Positions 33,884 through 47,509 of a DNA stretch of 64,000 nt are shown here, piece by piece. The first letter of the stretch is position 1. Each line of letters starts with the position of its first letter. Made by a program: the position numbers and the translations under genes. The notes under the pieces were generated by a model that saw only the letters and a program-made list of their open reading frames with translations, was not told the origin of the DNA and ran no database searches. Location: the NCBI GenBank assembly GCA_051362555.1, contig CM120641.1:22568001-22632000 (forward strand). Reading direction: 5' to 3'. Origin of the DNA: Lingula anatina (Eukaryota; Animalia; Brachiopoda).

Positions 33884-36194
33884 GCTAACACACCCTGCGA
33901 TTTTAGTGTAAATCAAGCAGATTTATCTGCGTTTTGACGTATAGTTATTCGGATGTATAGGTATGTGGGCTGATTGGGACATCGTATCTATCGTCTGTTG
34001 GGCGTGGATTTATCGCGGTATTTATTCTCCATCTTTCATCTAGTGGCAGTTGGGCCTTGTCGGATTTATCGATATCGTTATGCATCTACATTGTCGGTAA
34101 ATTGACTTACCGGTAAAAAGAATTATCAACATTCACCTTCTTTCAGTGGTGTTGAGTTTGTGGAAGATGTTGTATCATGGGGATATTATATTTGCATAAC
34201 AAAAAGTTGCTCAGCGCAGATGTTGTATCACGGGGATATTTATAACTGCATGGTGGAAGACGCACGTGTAAATTTTCTAGAATAAAGTAGTTCAATTAAT
34301 TCAACACCATGTGGGCATATCTACATGTATTTTGACCGTGAACAATCATGAACAGTTAGTGACACAACCTCTCACCTAAAATGAACCACACTTGTTGCAT
34401 TTGCATAACAACAAGTTGCTCATCGTAGTGCGAGCTGTCTTCAAGAATACTCACCTGGACACATTTGGGTGAAGACAGAGCAGCATGAGTGGTGCAGTCA
34501 AAGGGTCTAGCTTTTATAAGGCGTAGAAGCAAATACGTTTGGTAAGTATTACTGCTTCTTCAATAGCAAATGAAAGAAAATTTATAACAAATACTGTATA
34601 TACGAATATTTGTAATTGTATGTCCATCGTTACTTGCATGTCACTCAGAATATTATCTAGAATATATTGACGTTCATTGTTATATGTACAGTACAATGGT
34701 TTGGAACTGCAAACGTACAGAAATAACGACCTAGGTTTGCTTTTAATCTTATAACTCTGCACTTTCTCTGTATAAACTTTTCGTAAGATTCTGGACAAAT
34801 ACAGCACCTTTGATTTAATCTAAAATGTTTTATGAAAATGTAATACACAAAGAACACTGACTAATTTAGCTTGTAATGCATGTCAAAGCTTTTGATCCAG
34901 GATAAGCATGCCCCATCAAGGTGTACATCAATTTTATGGTCAAATTTCTAAACAATTCAAACGTCTATCTTTACAGTTACGATTGTTATTATTATTATTG
35001 TTGTAATTATTATTTTATTATTGTTGCTGTTGTGTATATGATAAGAAAAGAGCTATTATAGTTCCCATTACTGTTTCAGATTAGACTTGTGCAGTTCGTT
35101 TTTTGATTGAGGTTGACAAGCTGTTCAACATCTTTTTTTCTGGGTAAATATGCCTATATATAAATTCAACGCACACACACACTCTCACAGTGGCATTCCA
35201 GTTGCTCAATACACAAATAGTCTTTTGTCTGCCGTATCCATTGCGCCCAACCGTATTAAAATTCAAGTGCCCTTGCATCCAAGTAATGTGCAATCAAACT
35301 CCCGTTGAGGAGATAGTTTACAATTCTACGAAATACGTGAAAAATTATTTACAATAGAGAGCCCCAAACACGTCATGCATAACGGTTATAGGTGTAATAA
35401 TATTAAGTAGTGAGTACAATATATTAACGACTGTACTTCAGATAAACCAATAAACGCGCCCATTGCTTCAAAAACAATTAAAAGTAAACAATATTTTCTC
35501 ATTTCAGAAGCCCACCGATGTGCCACAACAAGCAGCCTAGCATTTGAGTCGGATCCATGAACCCAACGCTCAGTCTTGCATCTATTAAGTTACAACTTAA
35601 TAAATACATTTGTAATTCTGTGTTCTTTTATTTTTATATGAAACAATGTTGATAAGGAAAGTAGATTTAATAATCGGGGAAAGATTGAGATAAACTGTTT
35701 GACGCCTTTCAAATTCAATTGGTTAAATCCGATCTGTAAATCTCGTCTTATTGGCTTTCATACTGACGATTTTTTATAGTAAAATATCTAAAATTGAAAT
35801 GGTTTGAAAACTTACTTTTGAAAATATGCTTTTGTAAATAATTGGTTATAAGCGTTAAAATATCTTACCTGCTGAAAGAATATATCTTAGACTTAAAAAA
35901 AAAACCATTTATAAATTCAATTTGAATTTACTCAGAATCTTGTGTTTGGAAAAGTGTTTAATGTACATTGGGACAAACTGATACATCAGCCAGATAACAT
36001 TTTCCTAAATTTTCTTAGTATAATTGGCTTTATGACAAGTACTGATTTAAGCTACCACAAACTGATTCATTTTAACTTTATCTTCATATGGATGCTTCAA
36101 TTAATTTTTTTGAACAGAAAAATTAGTGAAAAAACCTTGAATCAATTTTGAATGGTTTTCTGAACCATGAACCATAAAATGGAATAGCCTTGCT

Positions 36195-36995
36195 CAACCT
36201 GCCACCCCTCAAGTGGAATGGAATCTCCCAACCTGCCACCCCTCAAATGGAATGGACTCTCCCCCCACCTGTCACCCCTCAAATGGAATGAACTCTCCCC
36301 ACCTGCCACCCCTCAAATGGAATGGACTCTCAGCACCTGTCACCCCTTCAAAAAGAATGAACTCTCCCCACCTGCCACCCCTCAAATGGAATGGACTCTC
36401 CCCACCTGTCACCCCTTCAAAAAGAATGGACTCTCCCCACCTGTCACCCCTCAAATGGAATGAACTCTCCCCACCTGCCACCCCTCAAATGGAATGGACT
36501 CTCCCCACCTGTCACCCCTTCAAAAAGAATGGACTCTCCCCACCTGTCACCCCTCAAATGGAATGAACTCTCCCCACCTGCCACCCCTCAAATGGAATGG
36601 ACTCTCCCCACCTGTCACCCCTTCAAAAAGAATAGACTCTCCCCACCTGTCACCCCTCAAATGGAATGGACTCTCCCCACCTGTCACCCCTTCAAATAGA
36701 ATGAACTCTCCCCACCTGCCACCCCTCAAATGGAATGGACTCTCCCCACCTGTCACCCCTTCAAAAAGAATGGACTCTCCCCACCTGTCACCCCTCAAAT
36801 GGAATGGACTCTCCCCACCTGTCACCCCTCAAATGGTATGGACTCGACCCACCTGTCACCCCTCAAATGGAATGGATTTGTCCCACCTACCATCCCTCTG
36901 CTGGAATGATCTGGTCCAACCTGTCACCCCTCAATTGGAATGGACTCGACACACTATACAACACTTACGTGGAATTGCCCCACTTGTCACCCCTT
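36195..36995. repeat. Minisatellite, 33/34-bp unit, ~24 copies
   Basis: Unit CTCTCCCCACCTG(C/T)CACCCC(TCAAATG or TTCAAAAA)GAATG(G/A)A; homogeneous centre, degenerate edges. Confidence 0.95.
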
Positions 36996-38680
36996 AAATC
37001 AAAATTGATTGGTATCCCCGAACTCCCATAATATGCATGGTTCGTCAAGTTAAAACTGTTACCATTCACACTAAACTCAATCTATAAGACATGTTTTTGA
37101 ATATCTTATTTATTATATGATATGAACATTTTAAATTTGAACGGAATTTATCAGAAAATTGACAGATCCACAACTTACACGTTTTTCAAATAGTACATTG
37201 TGTCGATTTTAACTTTTACAAATCTTGAAAGTTAATTTTAGTTTTAATTTGAGAAAGCAAAATATACAATATTTAAAGTCGACTAAAATTCAGTATGTAT
37301 AAATATAATTTTTACTCCTTTGTCTTTTAGATCAAATTGAAAACAGCGAAAATAAAGGTACATTTATTTTTTACTTGCTCATCAATCACAAGTGTCAGAT
37401 TATAACATAAATTAATGATGAAAACAATATTGACTACAAAGTATATTATAAAAGCAAGTATGAGCGAATCAATAAACAATCTTACTCGAGTTTCAACTCG
37501 CAATATTGTCATGGCATTTTAAAATTCTTAATTACACTCTGTTATAATTTTTATTAAAAATAATATTGGATAAAATAATTATTGCATGTGTTGTGCGTGT
37601 AAGAATGTGAGTGTGTGTAAGAGTACGCGTTTGCACGCGTGTCTGTGTCCCGTTCCAAATTGCGACTAGAAGACTAGGGGGCTTCTATCCCACGCACAAA
37701 CATTTTGCAGAATCTTGCCAAAGGATCTGGCTATTCTGAAATAAATAAAAAACGTTTTGATAATGATATTAAAATATATTTCATCGCAATGAAAACTTGA
37801 GATTAGATCAACTGAAAATGGAAAGAGAAAAGCTGGCTAAACACCAGATTAAAAAAGTCGACTGAAAGAAGGTATGTAGCTTAAAATTTTAAATACTTCG
37901 ATATTTCGCAATAAATTTCAATGACAAGAAATAATACGCCCAAACTAAGGAAGGCTGTTTCAAAGTAAAGGCAAAAACGAATGTAGTGGGTGCTACTGAC
38001 GTAGACCTACAGCTTTTCTTAATACAGTGAACTACACAAACAAAATAAAAGTTTACGCGATATAGCATATTATAATTTGTAAATCTGCATGAATTCGTAA
38101 AAACGCGAAAAAGGATGAAACATTCTTGGTGCTAAGAACATCTTAATCATAAATGACATAGATCTAGAGACTATTCAACCCATTTCAAAAACTTTCAAAT
38201 TGAAACAAGCTTTTGACAAACACACACACATAACAGGCTGGGAGAAGTATACTGACGATAGTCATTCACACCGCTTTATCGAATTATGCACATGGGACGT
38301 AACTTACTTCCACTTTCATAGGCTAACAGGAAAAATTTTACTCACCAAACATATTTGCCTAAACCATAGATCCCTAACGCTGATGACATGTTCGGTCCTG
38401 CGACTTCACCACACCTATACCGTGTCCTTACTTGGTCAAGCTGTCAAATGACCAGTCGAGAAAACAGTTCGCACTACGCTGAGCGACTTATTGTAATGCA
38501 AATTACAACAGGTATGGAGCGTTCTGATTGGGGAATTACTGTTGTAATCATTCTCAAGGAACAATGATTTCAATGGACTTACAGACTTTTTGGACAAGCA
38601 TATAAAATCCCTGCTGTAGAGAGCCTAAGCTATGTCTGTCCATTCGGCAGTTTCTTTTCCATGCAAATGAGTTCAATACA

Positions 38681-39649
38681 CAGGCCTTCCCAACTACCAG
38701 ACTCGGCACCTACGGGTCCAGAATAAACCGGTATATCTGACCACACTACCCGTTTTCAAGGTGTGTGTCAGATCGCATAAAAGAGTATCATACCCTATCA
38801 CAAATTCTGTAAGCCTACCTGTCATCCGGGTATCGCGCCTCGTTTTCGTCAAGTAGGAGTCGTATGAATACAACAGACGACTCCCTCAATCAGGGGGTGG
38901 AAACGCGCTACTTATATGATTAAGACGAGCCTAGCCGTCAGTACCGGTTATTGTTATGTGACCTTGAGGAGCAATTAGGTTTGGTCGTTGCGGCACGCAT
39001 CAACAGTAGTTGAACTACCACACCTGGGTCTTTTGTTTTTGACAACTGTTCACTCGTCATCGAGGCGCTTGTTCAAGACTACAGGCTGATATCTACTAGT
39101 AATACCAGTGGCTTCATTAGTAACGTTCCCACAATACTTAAGTTTTCTGTCCGTGCGTACAAACCCTGAAAAAGGACAGCCTCGCTGACGAGAACAATGG
39201 ACGTTTCTCGCCCCTCTCTAGGATTACCCCTGCCCTCAATCTCGTCCATCCCGGTAGTCACGAAAATATTAAACCCCCGACAGAATATGCTTCTGCTATC
39301 AAAATTAGGTCTACTTTTCTAAATTAATATATAAGTTTGCAAGTTCTTATTTACAAAACATCATTGGCTATGTCCGAACCTAAATTTTATGTTAAAAATT
39401 GCGGTACTATCAGATTTTAGCATAAACAGAGAAAATTGCAGCAGCGCATGAATCTAGATGAGATGCACTACTTTCCAACCCCGCTTAGGATCATTGCTAT
39501 CACATCGCGCACCAGGCAAAATCGGTGTGGTGGCTGATACTCTGTAATGCGATCTGACACACACCTTGAAAACGGGTAGTGTGGTCTGATAAATTAAACC
39601 GGTTTATACTGGACCCGTAGGTGCCGAGTCTGGTAGTTGGGAAGGCCTG
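38681..39649. mobile_element. Unclassified non-autonomous DNA transposon, ~110-bp TIRs, 5-bp TSD
   Basis: Arms 38681-38790 and 39535-39649 (CAGGCCTTCCCAACTACCAGACTCGGCACC...) are reverse complements; ATACA at 38676-38680 and 39650-39654. Confidence 0.85.
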
Positions 39650-39944
39650 ATACAAGTTACACTCAGAATCCGGTGTAACGTGACAGAGAGTCCCTCACGA
39701 TAGAGGTCCGCTTCCCATTCATTTGTACAAGAAAGACACGCCCTAGATTTTGGACCACTTAGGTCAGGCTAACCATTATAACTATATGGAGAGCGAACTT
39801 TCTGTTTAACTGACCGTCAGTTTCGTTACACCGGCATGCTTCACTGAAAAATGACCACAAACATGTACTTTACAGGATTTATCCAGTGACTTTGAGAGAG
39901 TAACAACCTCATAACGTTTGTTACATCTAGGTTTTTCATCGTTT

Positions 39945-39977
<33 letters not shown>

Positions 39978-40864
39978 TATAGATCTTACGCTTATTTATT
40001 TTTTTCACAAATAAACATCTTTTCAGATATATTGCTCTATTAAAACTGCTAACAAGATAGTTGTTTATCTAGATAGCTAAAGGGAGAGAAAACATCAGTA
40101 GATCACTGAGAGAAGACATCAGTTGATCAACAGTGGATCACAACAGACAAACAACAAACACCTTTTTTTGCAAACTTTTACCACCCTTAATTAGAAATGC
40201 ACAAACGATCTTGCTCATTAGGTTCACTACCTTCAACTTTCTTCAAGGTTTTGTACTCGACCTTTTCGACTGATCTTGTGGCGATTCCCGCAGCTGACAT
40301 TCAGTCAGCTCGGCAGAATCAACTTCATCACAAAAAAATGGATAAACGAGAACGAGACAGTTAAAACGACGAAGTCGACTTGAGTCTGTTGCATAAGGGG
40401 GTACATGTACATGTAGCACATCTACAAGTAAGTTGTAATGTCAATATTGCCAGTGTCTCTCAGCCAAACTTAGGTTGGGGGAGGGGAGGGGGGTAAACAC
40501 ACACAGAATCACAAGAAACAATGTACCAACAAACCCGGCGAAACAAAAATCAAGCAGGTGTATTAGTTTTTCCGTAACTCGGCATGCACCAACGTAAAAA
40601 TTTCCGACTTCCGGGGAAGGTTAATTTAAGTGGGTCAAGTTCAGGCGACAAGTGGGCTTAGTGACATTCATGGAGTGATATTGAATATTTACACTTTGAC
40701 AAGCACGTCTCACCCATGTCCTTTCCCAAAGTCAAAGTCTATGGTGCATCAAGGTATGCGGTGCTGCTCAGGCTACTGTCAAACTTTTGATTAATCAAGG
40801 TATCAGTCCAGGCCCCTGTCATAAAGTACTCTCAGTATATACATCTTAAGAAGGAGTGAAGAAA

Positions 40865-43854
40865 ATGGACGTAAATTGGAAAACGACGGAAACAGCAGGT
40901 GAATGGTTTGCGAAACAAGATAAGGACGATTTAAGGAAACAATTTTCGGATAACGGGTATGTGGTAAGTTTGACTTATATGAAGTACATTCACAGATTGA
41001 GCGGGCGAACAAATTGTATTGGACGCTGTTTGAAAAGAAAAAGAATAACATTTAAGCAAAAGACTACATTCGTCTTCCACACTCTAAACCTCAACACATT
41101 TTAATTTTGTACTTTTCCACATATACATGCATTTTCAACTTTATATTGTGAGCTTCATCTGTCACTGAATGTTTGTTTATATCTTATTTATTTATTCATT
41201 TATTATATCTTGTACAATCAGGTAGTACACAACCTGTTGGACAACGATTCTCTAGAAATCTACCAAGAGATATACGATAAGCTTCTTAGTGGAGAGATAG
41301 ATGCCAGTAAACATAGACACGACTTGGGATCTCACGGTAAAGCTGTATATGACCTCATTTCGTTTGCGGCAATGATATGTCCTTGTCGCCTTCGGCGCAT
41401 TTCTTATATTAGATGAATTACTCGTTGGTTACGAATACAAAAGAATGTTTAATAACAGGGAAAAGTAGATTAATAACAAGCCGAATCATAATTGCACGCC
41501 TTATATCACAGTCGATTGTCGATTATTCATTTATTTATTATTATTATTTCTTTGTAAAACAGTTGACTCCACGTAACTTGACACCTTATTACTCGAATTG
41601 ATTATTTTTTTTTTGGATTTTTTTCACCTTCAGATGAAGTTGAAAATAATGCAAGCATCGCCCAACTGGTCTTTTACGTTTACATTGTTTTTCCTGTGCC
41701 TTGTGTTTGTAGTGAAAAAAAATTATGATGATAAAAACATCGCTTTTAAGGTTAAACATTAACTAGAATCTTTGCGTAACTCTTGGACATAATAACGTAA
41801 TTTTGTCCATGCGTAACTCAAACAAACTCTCTGGCGTTCAAGTTTCTTACGCGGACTCTACTTCATAATTTTCCAGTCAAAAGGAGTCACTAGCTCCAAA
41901 TAGATAAATACATAAATAAATAGTAATAATAATAATAATAATAATAAATATTATTATACATACATTTTCAGAAAAGCGGAAGGTGATTGACCAGGAGAAC
42001 GTGTGCCAGATCATGTGGCCGAGTGTGTATTTGCCAGGGTTGGCGCAGGGCCCGCTGCACCAGAGAACCAAGGCCATAGCTAACGTGATCATTGGGGAGG
42101 ACGCCGAGTTCGACTTCGATATGTTGATTGCAAAGGTGGACTTGACTTTTTTGGAAATTTTTTCTAAGTTTCATTACTTACTTACAGTGGCTGTCAATTT
42201 TGGTCATTTTGTTGGACTGATGTGTTTCAAACTAACAAACTAAAATGATAATATTAATTTATGCCAAATGAATTATAAAAGGTATACAATGCGCATTAGA
42301 ACTAAATAAATTTCTTAAATTGATTTTTTGAGAAATTGCAACAGTTTTTTCCTTTATAACCAAGTATAGTCACCCTGAGCTTCAGAGCTAACTTGACACT
42401 AACCTATTCACTGTAGCCTATCTTCATCGTGTCAAGTAACTTGACACGATGAAGATAGGCTACAGTGAAGAGGTTAGTGTCAAGTTAGCTCTGAAGCTCA
42501 GGGTGAGTATAGTTTACCCTATTCAAAACTGTTGAAAAAGATTAAGATTTGTAAACCTGCTTCTAAGTTTTAAGTTTGTAATTTTTTGGTCACCCACCAG
42601 ATGAAAACTGGTAAAATTCACTGGTGATTTTAAAATTTTTAAAACTTGGTATTTAGAAATGGGTATTTCTTTGAAAGGTTTAACTTCGTGATTAAAAGAA
42701 ATACGTTGAAATTGCCAGGGAAATTGAAAAAAAATTTGCTCTAAAAGTCTTACACAAATCATTTTGCGCAATCAATAAGACCATGCATACATTTCAGTTG
42801 TTCGTCCTAGAATACTTTGACAGTGCACTGGATGAATAAGTTTGGCATATTTCATAATTTCTGTATGTTTATATCCATTTAGTCTGTTTTCCGTATAGAG
42901 CCCGCACACAGAGACGGGAACCCCGTGGCACCAGGACGAGTCCTACTGGCCCGACATGCCGGACAAAAGGGCCGTGTCCTTCTGGTGTGCCATGGACGAC
43001 GCCACGGTGGAAAACGGCTGCATGTGGTTCGTGTCGGGATCCCACAAGAGGCCACTGAGAACACACCGCCCGGTTAAAGTGGGACACCATATAAGGATGA
43101 CCGACGACTGCAGCGAGGTAGGCGTGCACCATGAATATCGGAATGAAGCCCATGCAGGCTATTGGCCGACACCGTTTTCAGCATGTCTTGCAATTATAAT
43201 TTCAAAGCATGCAATGCTCTTTACACCTTTATAGATCAAAATGTAAAAAACATCCTGGAAAGTTTTGAATTTCTTTTTATCACCAAGGTGCACCTTATCC
43301 AAAAACTGATTTGAAAGTAGCAACCCGTAAAACCATTTTCGTGCTCTTAATACTTTCGGGTCTCCATAACTGCTGCGAGAAACGTGATCTATAAACTCGT
43401 TTTCGAGCTAAAAAAATCTTATTTTAAATGTCACCGGTAAATTTTACAAAGAATAAAAAAATCAAAGAGCTCTTACAGATTGTAATTTTGATTTTTTTTT
43501 TCTTTTTGCGTTAAGGTCTAGCGTTCATTGCGCGACTTTTATCACCTATAACTGAAAACTCAAAATGGTAAACCTGATATACCATTTCTACCCTGTGAAT
43601 TTCTTCGACTCAAAAGCGTATTCCACATTATTAATCACATCTTTCAGGCAGAGGGCCAACCGCAGCCCATCCCTGCCGGATCTTGTACAGGGCATCACGG
43701 GAGGACGCTTCACTACACCCGTGGGAACTCCACCGACAGGTGGCGCAGGGCGTTCATCGTCAACTACAGGCCGAAAGACATGGTAGCGTGGGAGAGAGAA
43801 CATAATTTTGACCACGGCAAAGAGGTGGGTTCAGCGGTGCTTGCAACAACTTAA
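40865..43854 (+). CDS. PhyH-family 2-oxoglutarate/Fe(II) dioxygenase (phytanoyl-CoA dioxygenase domain), ~267 aa
   Basis: Exons 40865-40963, 41222-41336, 41972-42135, 42899-43117 and 43648-43854 join in frame (804 nt). QFSDNGYVVV, TPWHQDESYW (HxD), WCAMDDATVENGCMWFVSGSH, TLHYTRGNSTDRWRRA (distal His and 2OG-binding Arg). Confidence 0.88.
42371..42505. mobile_element. 135-bp foldback MITE with 8-bp TSD (hAT- or P-like)
   Basis: Near-perfect palindrome CACCCTGAGCTTCAGAGC...GCTCTGAAGCTCAGGGTG, flanked by AGTATAGT at 42363-42370 and 42506-42513. Confidence 0.85.
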
Positions 43855-44860
43855 CCTAGAATCACTGGGCACTTTTTACTCATGACATTTTGGCCAATCT
43901 ACATGAATTCAATCTGTAAAAGAGTCTTTTGAAATGTAACATATGGTTTAGTTTTAAGAGTCCAAATGCTTGGCTCACTTCACAAACTGAAGCAATGAAT
44001 ATTGAATATTGCAATGTATGAAAATTAAAAATAAATATTTTTCATTAATTTCCAGTCAATGGAAAGTGCAATTGAAGAAGTGCATAAATAATCAGTGGAA
44101 TCATAAGTCTGGGATAATAATGTAAAGAAACATTTTACCAAGGACATTCACATTTTGTCCAGTATGTTACCAGTTACAGGGTTTTTAATACCATAATGGT
44201 TGCCTTGAACTTGATGATTTGCAAAATAACTTCATCCTTGATAATAAAGTGACACACCATTATCAAACTTAATAATCTTTTAATATATTTGCTTATCATG
44301 ACATATGAATATGTAACAATCTTTACTTGTTAAGAATGTGCCCCAGTTATATTCTAAGAGTTGCAATTCTGTGGCGTTACCAGACTAGACCCAGTTTTTT
44401 GTCTAAATACAGGTGTTCAACTATTTCCACACAATCTGTGTTAATCACATTTTCCTTACTAAGGAGGATACTCTATTTCTGTCAAATGAGGTCTTTCATC
44501 TCTCCCCTGAAACAGAATTACTAAAACCCATATAAAAGTGCATTACTCATACCTCATTCCATATTATACCAAACCTTTTATAAAAAGTTATTAAAACGTA
44601 CAACAATTGTGCATTCTTATAATAAATATATCTTTTAAACAGTTTCTTCAAACATTATTTTGAATGTGTACACATGCAGCAAATTTGGTAATACATTTTA
44701 TAATGAAATGTTGTGTTTTTTGTGATTGAACTACATCTAAATTAATTTCATGAATACATGACTAATTTCAAGAGTGTCTGAAAACTGTTCACAAATATCT
44801 AAGTTAAATTGCACATTGTCTTTTCCCCAGTAATGTCCTTTGTTCTCTAATAGGCCTATG

Positions 44861-46898
44861 CTATAACCCGAGAGATTTTCTGACTGTGCGTCGTGCTATT
44901 TCCTCAAACTCAGTTTTGTTTTCCCTCCACGTTTTTGCAGCATCAACATTTGCAGCACTTTCATCATTGGGCTCTGAAACAAATACACCAATTATTTTAT
45001 GTACAAGTCATCTAGATAATTTTACAAAGATGACAAATTTTGATAAAAATCTGACTGCCTTTTGAATTAATGTATGAAGAATAAGCATTGTCATGTGTGC
45101 ACCCCTGCATCTTTATTATATATTTCATTCCTGTGGCCATCCCATCTGGTATTGCGTGTCTAAATCTTATAAACTGTGCCCAGCCATTAACCCCTGTTAC
45201 AGCGTGAACAAATTACAGCACGATCTTCTCACTGACAAGAGGACCTACATACCTGCCAGCATACTGACAACTGACAGCAGTATCTTCTCCACACTCTGCA
45301 CTGGGCTCCACCTCTCAGCACTGGTTTCATAGCCCATGGGATCATCCCCTGGGGCATGTAATATTGATATACACACCCTGCCATCTGGATATACTATACA
45401 GAATGAAACAGCTTGGGATATTATATTAGATATCAACAGGATACATTCTGTGATACAATAGAAATCAATATATAAATCAGATTTTCATTAAAAGTTAAAG
45501 CCTCAATTTAGGATTACATTTCACATGGTTGTAACAATGTGTTTGGGGGAATCTGAAAACAAGTTACTTGTAAAACACCTAAACTTACTATTTGGATGAA
45601 AGAGGTCACAAGTGAACTTCATTTTTGGTGGGCTTAGAGGATAATCTGGTGGAAATATCAATCTTGCTGGAAATATTCCATCTTCAAAACATGTCCCCTC
45701 TGGACCACTGAAAAAAAGTGCTTAGCTCTAAATTTAGATTTGATGTCATTATATTTCTGTAATCGATACTGAATTACTTGGTACAAAAATAATCAAAATG
45801 TTTAAGACAGGAACATTTTTGGTAAGTAAAAGGCATGTCAATAGAACCAACTACAACACAGTTGTTTTAATTGCTTCCAATTCATTAAAATGTTTTGTAG
45901 TGTTCTCAAATTCTACACTAATCTATTTTGATTTCACTGCAATACATATTGACTTTATAGCAAGAAAAAATCATTCACTAGCAGTTATATTAATTATTTT
46001 TAGATAATTTAAATATTTTTCTTAATCTGGGCACGTACAGTATAGTAGATACAAAAAAAAAAAAAAGGAAAAAAAAAAGAGCAACAGTTTGAAATGTACA
46101 CCATAGTGCTAACAAATCCAAGATTTTTTGACTAAATTCCAACTATTGTCTCACGTTATAAGTGCCTCCCACTCAAAGAAATTTTCTTCATTTATTGGGC
46201 CAGCCACAATACCTTCTGGTGGGTTAAGCGTCAACTCTGAATAAAAGTAACATAGAAAAATAACAACATGAGAGAAAATTGATCACTTTTCAAAGTTTTG
46301 ACCAAATCATCATAATTTCCTTAGTGAAGAAAAATTAAGACCTTTTTCAGTTTGAGTGTTAAATCTTAGTGATGCTGGTATGTTTTGAGATGTTCCACCA
46401 CCAAAACTATGCTACAGAGATCTTGCTTAACTAGCTTTCATTAATTCTCCACAAACTTGTTCCCTGCTACTTATAAGTATCTAGCTAAGTTAATTAATTA
46501 ATTCATTGGGCATGTCTTGCATAGAGGTGTCATATGGGTGACTCTAGTCTTGTCAATCTCTCAAAAAATTGGATCTTCTCATTCTGAATGTAACAAACCT
46601 TAAGATAAATGAAAACGTCAATAAAAGGTTGAAATTCAGACTATAAACCCTTCAAACTACTGAAGCTTCACCAATCAAACTAATGGACCTTTGAACAAAT
46701 GAACCTTTGGACCAATCAAGGAAGTCTATCTTTGGAATATCGAGACGCACCCTCTGTCGCAGGATACATGATACGTAACGGTAAAGCAATGAAAAGTGCG
46801 ATCAGGCGAAAAATGAATGTAAATTAACATGCTACTCGAAATTAGTCACTCTCACGTTTATATTCGGCCATCAGCCTTTTCAAAGCTGAGCCTGCCAT
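44861..46898 (-). CDS. UBE2G2: Ubiquitin-conjugating enzyme E2 G2 (Ubc7), 165 aa
   Basis: Exons 46856-46898, 46155-46236, 45589-45707, 45253-45393 and 44861-44973 (498 nt): [90 protein letters not shown]. Confidence 0.96.
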
Positions 46899-47509
46899 GC
46901 CAAACAAACAAACAGGCTGTCAGCTGTCACAGTAATTATTAGCGACAGCTTCCAAATCCTGCTTCGGTGCTTCCAGTGTTTTGGTACGACACACAGACAG
47001 ACTCAACTTCTCTTGTTAGGTCGAAGAAGATTGGTCCATTTTGACGGTACTTACTTTTTCGCCAATCACATCGAGTAAGACAATTTTTTTTCTTGTCGCG
47101 TGCACACCGGCACAAATTCATCTTTGTTCGTGAGATTTTTTGCAAAAATCAGCAATTTGTTAATGGAATTTCTGACTGATGGACATGGATGCTTGGTGTA
47201 TGCCGCGGATTAGCTAAACTGGATTGACGTTTATTGCTTTGTTCATTGCAATCATATACAGATTTGGACTCGGAGAGTATGTGTACAGTATTCAGTTCAC
47301 TTTATCGTCGTTGATATTCGTAAACCCGTCGGAATCACAAAAGGGAATGGGGTCTTCATCATCCTAGGCCAAAGGCAGCTGTTCTTCAGCCCCAGGAAAA
47401 CCATTGTATTTTCTTGACTTGGTCGTGAATCCGTGGGAAACAAATTTTATGATAACAAGGCTGACTATAGACAATTATTGTGTATTAATTGTCCTATTAT
47501 AATAAAACA
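46899..47509. promoter_or_regulatory. Likely bidirectional promoter between UBE2G2 and the upstream TOP2 first exon
   Basis: Start codons only ~610 bp apart, head-to-head; CpG-richer than the flanks; CCAAT at 47062-47066. Confidence 0.6.

Noticed and set aside
36195-36995. CRISPR-like periodic array and overlapping ORFs of 69-167 aa
   Set aside because: Units are contiguous with no unique spacers, there are no cas genes and the context is eukaryotic; the ORFs are translation artefacts of the minisatellite.
38530-39920. Outer, older inverted-repeat element enclosing the 38681-39649 transposon
   Set aside because: Only short, weak inverted similarities; ends and TSD cannot be defined by eye.
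40187-40300. 37-aa minus-strand ORF MSAAGIATRSVEKVEYKTLKKVE.. divergent from PhyH
   Set aside because: Short, weak donor, no downstream exons or homology I can identify.
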